This document shows, in pieces, positions 18,393-25,780 of a DNA stretch of 64,000 nucleotides. Both the position numbers and the translations under genes were made by a program. This DNA is from Polyangiaceae bacterium (GTDB lineage Bacteria; Myxococcota_A; Polyangia; Polyangiales; Polyangiaceae), in the NCBI GenBank assembly GCA_044222475.1, contig JBGANF010000029.1, positions 1 to 64,000 on the forward strand, in the 5' to 3' direction. How positions within the stretch are numbered: position 1 is the stretch's first letter; each line of letters opens with the position of its first letter. The notes beneath the pieces were generated by a model, which was given only the letters and a program-made list of their open reading frames with translations, did no database searches and was not told the origin of the DNA.

Positions 18393-19841
18393 TCAGCCGA
18401 CGCGAACGCGCGTCGCGCGACCGGCGGCGCCGGCCGGTCCGCCTGGCGTGGGGTCGTCGGGAGCGGGTCGGTAGTCGGTGCCCTTCGGGTTGTACGGCCC
18501 GATGGAGTCGTCGGCGGGCTTGAAGAGATCACTCGGCTTGATCGCCGGAGTGACGACCGGGTTGTTGCCGCCCCAACCGTCGCCTTCAGGTCCGACGTTC
18601 TTGTAGAGGAAGTCGAGGTAGCTCACTGGAGATCCGGGAACGCGAGGCCCGAACCCGCCCGCGACGATGACGCCGACGCCACCGGTGCTGCCGCCGTGAG
18701 GAGTGAAGTAGGGTCCGCCTTTGTGGATGGGGGGCCCTTCGTCGCCGCCGTCACCCCATGGGTCTCCCATGCCCTCGCCATCTGGATCGGGATCCGGTGG
18801 AGTCGGGTCGCTGGGCGTCGGATCGCTGGGCGTCGGGTCGGATGGCGCCGGTCCGGAGGGCGTCGACGGCGGCGTCGGACTCCCCACCGGCGGTGACGGC
18901 GTCAGCGGTCCTGGGGCTGGTAGAACGATGGTACCGTCGCCCGGTCCGGGCGTTGGACTACCTCCGGTCCCGACCTTGTTGCGATCGACGTCCGCGCCCG
19001 TCACTCGATCGCCGCTGCCCTTGGAGCCGGTCTCCGAGTAGCCCGGCGAGGAGCCTTTCCGCGACCCGGAGCTCCCGGGCTGTCGCCCGGTGCCGCTGCC
19101 CGAGTGCTTGCCAATCGAGCCGAGCCCGCCGCCGTTCCACGGGCCAGGCGGCTCGTCGCCTCCGAGACCGATTCCGCCGACTCCGTGCCCGACGCCACCG
19201 GGTCCCGGACCGACACCGGGGAAGAACCCGAGACCTGGCATGAACTGACTGCCACCGGGACCGCGGCCGCTGCGATTGCCGCCTAGACTCCCGAGTAGTC
19301 CACCGCCATATCCCGGCAGACTCGGCGCGCCCCCAATTCCACCGACGCCGCCCATGCCGCCGGGACCCGTGTGCACGCCGCCGCCGATGCGCGTGCCGTT
19401 GGGGAGGAGGGCGCCGGAGCTTGCGCCCAGAAGCCGCTTGATCGCCTCTGCAACGGATCGTGCGTCCGCAAGACGCTGTCTAATCGCTTTGAGATGAGCA
19501 TACCACGCGAATATCATGTCCATCTCTGTCTCGGCCGGCTTGCCTCCTAGACCCTTGTTGTAATTCCACCAGTTCGTGTATGCGTGGCGTTCGTTTTGGA
19601 GGGCATTTTTCTCGCCGTCGAGAACGGTCGGCGGGGAGAGGATGCCGTCTCGAACTCCGCGCCGGATGTCATCCACGACGTCGGCATCGTCTTGTTCCAT
19701 TTGACTGAGCATGGACTCGACATAAGTATCCTTCCCCGTCTGAGTGAGATTTGTCCACCATGGTGGGAGTTGTGTAGTCGGATCAAATGGCAAGTAATGG
19801 ATCACCTGATCCACTGGTGATTGCTTCATGTCGATCGGCAT
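18393..19841 (-). CDS. Gly/Pro-rich protein, copy 1 (unique ~140-aa N-terminus plus conserved C-terminal scaffold)
   Basis: GAGGAG RBS 6 nt before ATG at 19841 (MPIDMKQ); two blocks are near-identical in protein sequence to 20574..21923. Confidence 0.8.
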   Translation of the reverse strand: MPIDMKQSPVDQVIHYLPFDPTTQLPPWWTNLTQTGKDTYVESMLSQMEQDDADVVDDIRRGVRDGILSPPTVLDGEKNALQNERHAYTNWWNYNKGLGGKPAETEMDMIFAWYAHLKAIRQRLADARSVAEAIKRLLGASSGALLPNGTRIGGGVHTGPGGMGGVGGIGGAPSLPGYGGGLLGSLGGNRSGRGPGGSQFMPGLGFFPGVGPGPGGVGHGVGGIGLGGDEPPGPWNGGGLGSIGKHSGSGTGRQPGSSGSRKGSSPGYSETGSKGSGDRVTGADVDRNKVGTGGSPTPGPGDGTIVLPAPGPLTPSPPVGSPTPPSTPSGPAPSDPTPSDPTPSDPTPPDPDPDGEGMGDPWGDGGDEGPPIHKGGPYFTPHGGSTGGVGVIVAGGFGPRVPGSPVSYLDFLYKNVGPEGDGWGGNNPVVTPAIKPSDLFKPADDSIGPYNPKGTDYRPAPDDPTPGGPAGAAGRATRVRVG

Positions 19842-19851
19842 ATCGATCTCC

Positions 19852-20577
19852 TCATCTGACGGCACCTGGTACATAAGCGCACCTACCACCGATCCTCGGT
19901 GCCCATGCATCGGCTGGCGTGGACGTCCTGGACCACACCGGAAGCCCCGGGTCCCCTCGTACCCAGTACCAGACGGTGTCCGGAGTCACGGTTCCCGGCG
20001 GCGCCCAGCCTGGTGGGCTCGTGGTCGAGGTCCATTCCTTCAAACCGGAGACCATTCCGCGAACACCGAAGGGCGAGATGTCGTGTCCAGTCGGTAGGTA
20101 GAGGTCGTCCTCTCCGAGGTCATCGTTACCCCACGGATAGACTCGGCCGTCTCGTCCTCTGGCGGCGACTTCCCACTCTTCATCCGTGGGAATGCGCCCG
20201 GACTTGCTGCGGCAATAGTCGGCGAGGTCCGAAAAGGTCAGGCAGCCTGCCAAACCCGGGGCATCAGGTCGAAAGCATGGCTTCGGACGGGGTGAACATT
20301 GCAGCAGCGCGACGCATGTGTCGAATTCGTTAGCGCTCACTTCGCGCTCGTCGATGCAGAATGCACCGACCTCGTACTCAGCCGGCGGTGTCCCACCGTG
20401 ATCGGTTCCCCCCAACGTCGCTCGACCTGACGGGATGAAGATCCCGCGACTGCATCTTGCAGAGGTGGGTGACGGGGGTGGATTGCCTCGAGGGGGCGAT
20501 TGTCCAGCACAGCCTGATGCGGTCATGAGGGCGGTGGCCACCAGCCACACCGGAACACGCACCGAGGAACGGATCAT
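19852..20577 (-). CDS. FGE-sulfatase (SUMF1)-fold lipoprotein
   Basis: Signal ending TASGC; FCIDEREVS, YC...GRIPTDEEWEVAARG.DGRVYPWGN, SPFGVRGMVSGLKEWT, GGRCA. Confidence 0.85.
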   Translation of the reverse strand: MIRSSVRVPVWLVATALMTASGCAGQSPPRGNPPPSPTSARCSRGIFIPSGRATLGGTDHGGTPPAEYEVGAFCIDEREVSANEFDTCVALLQCSPRPKPCFRPDAPGLAGCLTFSDLADYCRSKSGRIPTDEEWEVAARGRDGRVYPWGNDDLGEDDLYLPTGHDISPFGVRGMVSGLKEWTSTTSPPGWAPPGTVTPDTVWYWVRGDPGLPVWSRTSTPADAWAPRIGGRCAYVPGAVR

Positions 20578-21923
20578 CGAGCTCGTCTGGCGGTGAGGCC
20601 CGCAGCGCCAGCCGGACCGCCGGGCATGGGATCGTCAGGAGCAGGTCGGTAGTCGGTGCCCTTGGGGTTGTAGGGTCCAATGGAGTCGTCGGCGGGCTTG
20701 AACAGATCGCTCGGTTTGATCGCGGGAGTCACGACGGGGTTGTTTCCGCCCCATGCGTCGCCCTCCGGGCCGACGTTCTTGTGGAGGAAGTCGAGGTAGC
20801 TGACTGGAGACCCGGGGACGCGAACGCCGAAACCACCCGCGACCATGACCCCAACGCCGCCGGTGCTGCCACCGTGGGGAGTGAAGTAAGGCCCGCCTTT
20901 GTGAATCGGAGGTCCTTCGTCGGAGCCGCCGCCACCGCCGTCGTCGGAGGGACGTCCGCCTCCACCTCCGGTCGGCACCCACTTGTAACGAATCACTCCA
21001 TCCTTGTTGTACGTCTTGACCCAGTCTCCGTCTGGCTTCTCGGTGGGGTTGTTGTCCTCCGACATCCCCTTCATCGAGAGATTCTCGTTCTCCGACGGAG
21101 ATTTTTCCGACGGCGTGCCGCCGCTTCCGCCCACGTCGGTACCGTTGTCGCGACTCACGTCGGAGCCAGTCACCCGATCGCCGCCACCCTTGGAGCCAGT
21201 CTCGGAGTATCCGGAGCCCACACCCTTCTTGGTGCCACCGCCTGTTCCGGGCTGTCGGCCGGTGCCGCCCCCCGGATGCTTGCCGATGGATCCGAGGCCG
21301 TTTCCGTTCCACGGGCCGGGCGCATCGTTGTCGCCGAGTCCAATTCCCCCGACGCCGTGTCCGACGCCGCCCGGGCCAGGACCTGCACCAGGGAAGAACC
21401 CGAGACCCGGCATGAACTGACTGCCACCGGGACCGCGCCCGCTGCGGTTCCCCCCAAGACTCCCGAGTAGTCCACCGCCATATCCCGGCAGACTCGGCGC
21501 GCCCCCAATTCCACCGACGCCGCCGATGCCGCCGGGACCCGTGTGCACGCCGCCGCCGATGCGCGTGCCGTTCGGCAGAAGTGCTCCGCCGGAGGGGAGC
21601 GTGTTGACCCGATTACCATGAAGCTTGTAGATCTGATTGATTTGATTAAGATACTGCTTTTGGAGTTCCTGGAATGTGACGATATCAATCTTGTCGTACC
21701 CGTTAGGGTGCTTGGAAGCGTCGTACACCCACGCTCTTGTGTCCTTCCAATCCTTCAAGAGATTGTCTATCTGCCCATTCTCCCCGGACGTGAGCGCGCC
21801 TTTTTGGGCCCAGTAGTTGCGGTCGGCTTGGAGCTTGTCAAAGAGTGGCTGCAGCTGCTCAGTAGCCTTTTTGAGCGCCTTCTCGTAGTCGACCACCGCC
21901 TGTTGTTTTAGTGTTCCGGACAT
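20574..21923 (-). CDS. Gly-rich protein, copy 2 (unique ~110-aa N-terminus plus conserved C-terminal scaffold)
   Basis: Open 449-aa frame, GAGGGG upstream, ATGA overlap with the next gene, paralogous blocks shared with 18393..19841. Confidence 0.85.
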   Translation of the reverse strand: MSGTLKQQAVVDYEKALKKATEQLQPLFDKLQADRNYWAQKGALTSGENGQIDNLLKDWKDTRAWVYDASKHPNGYDKIDIVTFQELQKQYLNQINQIYKLHGNRVNTLPSGGALLPNGTRIGGGVHTGPGGIGGVGGIGGAPSLPGYGGGLLGSLGGNRSGRGPGGSQFMPGLGFFPGAGPGPGGVGHGVGGIGLGDNDAPGPWNGNGLGSIGKHPGGGTGRQPGTGGGTKKGVGSGYSETGSKGGGDRVTGSDVSRDNGTDVGGSGGTPSEKSPSENENLSMKGMSEDNNPTEKPDGDWVKTYNKDGVIRYKWVPTGGGGGRPSDDGGGGGSDEGPPIHKGGPYFTPHGGSTGGVGVMVAGGFGVRVPGSPVSYLDFLHKNVGPEGDAWGGNNPVVTPAIKPSDLFKPADDSIGPYNPKGTDYRPAPDDPMPGGPAGAAGLTARRAR

Positions 21924-21948
21924 GATGTTTGCATCCCCTCGTCAATCG

Positions 21949-22713
21949 CTACTTAGCACACCGAAATCCAGGGTATTTGGCGTCTGCGTCCATGCATGAG
22001 CAAGCGAAGATCGAGCTATCCCCAGGATCGAACGCTCCGTGGCCTCGCACAAGCCATGAGGGACCGTATGAGGGTGTGTAGTCCAAACAGAGCGGCCCAT
22101 CCGTCCATTCCGGCGCGTTTCCGCCAAGGTCGAATACACCCTCGGGGGTGACGTCTTCAGGCAAGCTCCCCACCGGCTTGACACGAATTAGAAGTCCGAC
22201 GTCGGGCCAGGCTGTCTCCTTCCAAGGATTTGCGCGTCGCTCGTGACCGGCGGCTGCAAGCTCCCACTCGTCGCTCGTCACGAGGTGCTTGCCTTTAGCG
22301 CCACAATAGGCGCGCGCATTTTCAATGGATACGCCGGTGGCGGGATATCGCTCGACATCTGGTTTTGCGAATCGATAGTTCCATTCAGCGCCTGCCCACT
22401 GCTTGTACTCGAGTGACGTAACCTCGAGACGATCGATGCAAAAATTCCTTAGCGTCACCGTCCGAGGCGGCACATAGGGCTTTTTGGAGGACCCCAACTC
22501 GACCGTGCCACCTTCAATCCAAGCCATTTCCTGCGGACACTTGGCCGCAGTCGGGTCGGGTTGGGTGGCGTCACCAGGTGGACTCGGTCTGGCGTTCTGA
22601 GGACTTCGACATGCGACAACTGTAAGAGCAATCACTGAGCTTGATGCCCACACGCGACGCGTCGTGCGTGCGCGACGAGGGTAATCGCTGACCGATTTGG
22701 ACGACGAGTTCAC
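21949..22713 (-). CDS. FGE-sulfatase (SUMF1)-fold lipoprotein
   Basis: Start reassigned to GTG at 22713 (GTGA overlap); lipobox VVAC; FCIDRLEVT, PATGVSIENARAYC, EWELAAAG, GVFDLGGNAPEWT, GFRCAK. Confidence 0.85.
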   Translation of the reverse strand: MNSSSKSVSDYPRRARTTRRVWASSSVIALTVVACRSPQNARPSPPGDATQPDPTAAKCPQEMAWIEGGTVELGSSKKPYVPPRTVTLRNFCIDRLEVTSLEYKQWAGAEWNYRFAKPDVERYPATGVSIENARAYCGAKGKHLVTSDEWELAAAGHERRANPWKETAWPDVGLLIRVKPVGSLPEDVTPEGVFDLGGNAPEWTDGPLCLDYTPSYGPSWLVRGHGAFDPGDSSIFACSCMDADAKYPGFRCAK

Positions 22714-23798
22714 GTCGCACCGAGTCCGTAAAGTCCATTTAGATACCCTACGACCAACTGCCGCTCCGGTGTCGTCAGGATCCTGTTGAACATCATCATC
22801 TCGCACCAGTAGCCGTCGTAGTAGGTACCGACGGCTTGGTTTGTCCCGAGCTCGGGCGCGGACGAGAGCCCCACCGTGTTCGTGCCCGACGAGAACTGCG
22901 TCGTTCCGTTGATCTTGTTCTTCCACGTCGAGCCGTTCTCGACCTCGTAGACGACGGGGTTCGCGAGGCTCACCACCGGCGTGCCGCAGACGTAGCGGGT
23001 CGTTCCCCCGCCGTCGTCGTAGATCTGCCCGTCGCCGGTGAAGGGGAAGTGGCTCGACAGGCCCGAGGTCCCGAGGTTCCACAAGCCCGAGTGCAGCCCA
23101 ACCGGTGGCAGCGCGTTCACCAGCTTGTTCACCAGGAACGTGTGGCTCGCGGTGTAGCCGGCGAGAGACTTGGTCAGCGTCATGTACTTCTCGCTCCCCG
23201 CGGAGGACGCATCGAAGAACACCGTAGGCCGGCCGTTGATTTGGATCGGGTTGTAGGCCGGCTGACGCGTCGTGGCCGCGATGTCCTGAACGGCATCGTT
23301 CGCGGCGGGAGATTGGTCGGCCCAACGGATGACATTGCTCCCGTTGAGTGTGATGCCCATGTCGGCCCGAAGCCAGAGGATGCACCCTCCGAGGTGATTC
23401 GGCTGGAACGGGCCCACCGCTTCGCCCGCGCGGCAGTAAATCTTCACGTGGGCGCGCGTCGTACCTCCGAACGGGTTCGTGAGCTGGACGCGCACGCGGA
23501 CGAGGCTCGGGCCCGGTCCGATCGTCCCTGGATCCACGCCACTCGCGTTGTTCGTCACCCCGGTGGTGAGGGCCGCCGCGTTCACTTCGGGAACGGCGTT
23601 CTTGCTCGTCCAGCGGCGACCGTCGGACGAGACCTCGAGCTGCACGGTGATCGCCGTGGCGTTCACGACGTCGTCGGTGACGACCTGGAGCACGAAGGCG
23701 TCGTAGTCGCCGAGCTCGTTGTTCAGCTCGGTGGAGGAGTAGGTGCTCTGGGTGTCTTCGATGTAGTCGTCGAACGCAAGGTAGACCTTGCGGCGCAA
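22710..23798 (-). CDS. Two-domain protein: unknown ~125-aa beta-rich domain plus LamG/concanavalin-like domain
   Basis: N-terminus aligns by eye with 23800..24177; C-part LWLRAD.GI....VIRWADQS...NDAVQ...INGRPTVFFD...EMMMFNRILT; no signal peptide. Confidence 0.75.
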   Translation of the reverse strand: MRRKVYLAFDDYIEDTQSTYSSTELNNELGDYDAFVLQVVTDDVVNATAITVQLEVSSDGRRWTSKNAVPEVNAAALTTGVTNNASGVDPGTIGPGPSLVRVRVQLTNPFGGTTRAHVKIYCRAGEAVGPFQPNHLGGCILWLRADMGITLNGSNVIRWADQSPAANDAVQDIAATTRQPAYNPIQINGRPTVFFDASSAGSEKYMTLTKSLAGYTASHTFLVNKLVNALPPVGLHSGLWNLGTSGLSSHFPFTGDGQIYDDGGGTTRYVCGTPVVSLANPVVYEVENGSTWKNKINGTTQFSSGTNTVGLSSAPELGTNQAVGTYYDGYWCEMMMFNRILTTPERQLVVGYLNGLYGLGAT

Positions 23799-23799
23799 G

Positions 23800-24177
23800 C
23801 TACGCCACCGTGTCGCGTCCGGTGACCCACACCTTCACGTGCGCCGTCGGTGACGTTCCGCCGATCGTGATTGCGAGGCGCACGTAGCCGAGGGATCCGG
23901 TGCTGCTCGTGTCGCCCCCGAAGACGCTCGGCGTCGCGACGCTCACGGACACCGCGTTGATCTCGGCGGTTGTGTTCTTCGCGAGCCAATTCCGCTGGTC
24001 GACGGAGTGCTCGATCTGCACCTTGATGGTGTTGCCGCTACCGCCGAGGCTGTCGCAGGTCGCTTGCATCGTGAGTTTGTCATAGAGTCCGAGCGCATCA
24101 TTCAGCGACTGCGGCGTGTAGACCGTGGTCGTGTTCATGATGAAGTCGTCGAACGCGAGAATGGCGAGCTTGCGCAT
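23800..24177 (-). CDS. Small 125-aa beta-rich protein of unknown function
   Basis: Start reassigned to ATG 24177 (MRKLAILAFDD) after a purine-rich AAGGAAGGGA; paralogous to the N-domain of the next gene. Confidence 0.8.
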   Translation of the reverse strand: MRKLAILAFDDFIMNTTTVYTPQSLNDALGLYDKLTMQATCDSLGGSGNTIKVQIEHSVDQRNWLAKNTTAEINAVSVSVATPSVFGGDTSSTGSLGYVRLAITIGGTSPTAHVKVWVTGRDTVA

Positions 24178-24432
24178 CGTGAGGGTCCCTTCCTTCTTTG
24201 TTGGAGTCGAAGGCGACCGGCGCCCCAGCGGCAGTGCCCTGGTTCGTCTCGTCCCCCTCGCGACGCACATCGCGTCGACGAAGAGATCGTTACGTATTTT
24301 TTTTTTCGCCTTTCAAGGACTTTCGCGATCTCGCAACGTCTCGCAATCACCATTTGCAAACGAGCCAAAATTAAGGGGTTCCGTGTGGAGGGGGTGCAGC
24401 CTGGGTTGCAGGCGGACTGACCGTTTGGTGCG

Positions 24433-24451
24433 TTGTCCCAACATGGGACAA
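24433..24451. promoter_or_regulatory. Palindromic putative operator in the divergent intergenic region
   Basis: TTGTCCCA-ACA-TGGGACAA perfect 8-bp inverted repeat. Confidence 0.45.
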
Positions 24452-24519
24452 ACGTCTTTGCTGTGTGACGGCGGCCAATCAGGGGTGTCGAGAGACCGAA
24501 TCAATGGTACGATCTGCGA

Positions 24520-25464
24520 ATGAAGGCCTCTCACCTCATCCTGTTCGTTGGCACGGTCGCCGTCGCCGCGTTGGCGTGCGGCGGCGAGACACCCGTCACT
24601 GCAACGTGCGTCACGGGTCAGTCCATCGCGTGCGCCGGAAACGGCGGGTGCAGCGGGTCGCAGGTATGCAAGAGCGACGGCACGTACGACACGTGCTCAT
24701 GTGGCCAGCCGACGGACGGCGGCATCACCGACGGATCGATCGACACGGGCACCTCCAATGATGCTGGCCCCGACGCGACCAGCACCGATGGCGGGCCGTG
24801 GACACCGAAGAGCTTCGGCGGCCTTGCGCTGTGGCTCGACACGTCGGTCGGCGTCGTCGCGGACCTACAACAGACCGGCTACGTGAAGCGCTGGCTCGAT
24901 CAATCGGGCAACGGCAACAACGCCGAGAAGGTCGACAACAACGGCACCGGACTCGCCGTGGACCCGCAGGCGATCAACGGGCACGATGCGATCGTCTGTG
25001 GATACCAAACGCACTTCGAAGTCGCCGACTCTGCTTCGGTCCAGTTCGGCACCGGCGGGTTCCTCGTCGCGGCGGTGCTGAAGTATGGAGGAAACACTGC
25101 CTCGACGATCTACCCGGTCATCCAGAAAAACCAGACCCTTCAGCTGTGGATGCCCATTCAAAACGAGCAGGCGCTCAAGTTCGGCGCTGGCTCCAAGACG
25201 CTCTCGGCCTCGTTCACGACCCCCAAGTGGACGACGGTGATCGCGCAGTCGACGATGTCGCTCGAGTTCGACGGGGTCACCTCCACCGGCCCTGCAGCCA
25301 CCGAGGACGTGAGCGCGCCTGGGTGGCCCGTCTTCCTCTGCGGCACGCAAGGCACCACGACGCCGAAGGTCGAATTCGCCGAGATCATCATGGTGAAAGG
25401 AACGGCGAAGCCGGCGGACGTCGTGGCGTTGAAGGCGTACTTCAAGACGAAGTACGGTTTGTGA
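24520..25464 (+). CDS. Lipoprotein with Cys-rich module and LamG-like domain
   Basis: Lipobox ALAC; CVTGQSIAC...CSGSQVC...CSC; LWLDTSVGV...KRWLDQSGNGNNA...INGH; ends YFKTKYGL. Confidence 0.8.
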   Translation: MKASHLILFVGTVAVAALACGGETPVTATCVTGQSIACAGNGGCSGSQVCKSDGTYDTCSCGQPTDGGITDGSIDTGTSNDAGPDATSTDGGPWTPKSFGGLALWLDTSVGVVADLQQTGYVKRWLDQSGNGNNAEKVDNNGTGLAVDPQAINGHDAIVCGYQTHFEVADSASVQFGTGGFLVAAVLKYGGNTASTIYPVIQKNQTLQLWMPIQNEQALKFGAGSKTLSASFTTPKWTTVIAQSTMSLEFDGVTSTGPAATEDVSAPGWPVFLCGTQGTTTPKVEFAEIIMVKGTAKPADVVALKAYFKTKYGL

Positions 25465-25491
25465 CGTACCTGCGTGGTAGGCTCTCTCGTG

Positions 25492-25737
25492 ATGCCGTTC
25501 GACACGGATCCGCGCGCCCACCAAGTGCAGGTCGAAGCCCTCCGCCGGCTCGGCCCCGCGGCGCGAGTGGAGCAGGCGTTCGAAATGAGCGAGCTCGCGC
25601 GCGAGACGAGCAAGGCGGGGATCAAGAAGCGCCACCCCACGTACACGGACGAAGACGCGGTTCGAGCGCTCGTCTGGCTCCTCTACGGAGAGGACTTGGC
25701 GCGAAAGATCTGGAAGTCGGGCGCGCGCGCACCGTGA
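25492..25737 (+). CDS. Small antitoxin-like protein lacking an evident partner
   Basis: DT.P.A..VQ...LRRLGP..R...A.EMS..AR.....GI..RHP......YG pattern, which I associate with genes preceding nucleotidyltransferases; none follows here. Confidence 0.55.
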   Translation: MPFDTDPRAHQVQVEALRRLGPAARVEQAFEMSELARETSKAGIKKRHPTYTDEDAVRALVWLLYGEDLARKIWKSGARAP

Positions 25738-25780
25738 CCCCTGGCGCAGTAGTGGGAACGCGCAACGGCGCGCTGACCGT

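Noticed and set aside
18393..21923. Collagen-like or PE-PGRS annotation for the Gly-rich proteins
   Set aside because: No sustained Gly-X-Y or GGAGG periodicity and no PE domain
18393..22713. Diversity-generating retroelement, suggested by FGE-fold genes and a near-identical repeat pair
   Set aside because: No reverse transcriptase in the window; the repeat lies in the Gly-rich genes rather than the FGE 3' ends and shows no adenine-specific mismatch pattern
21949..23385. 478-aa ORF as called in the track
   Set aside because: The first ~224 codons overlap the LamG-like gene in another frame; the lipoprotein signal begins near GTG 22713
17628..25780. Target-site duplication or att sites at the island edges
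   Set aside because: No convincing direct repeat found by eye, and no integrase or tRNA nearby
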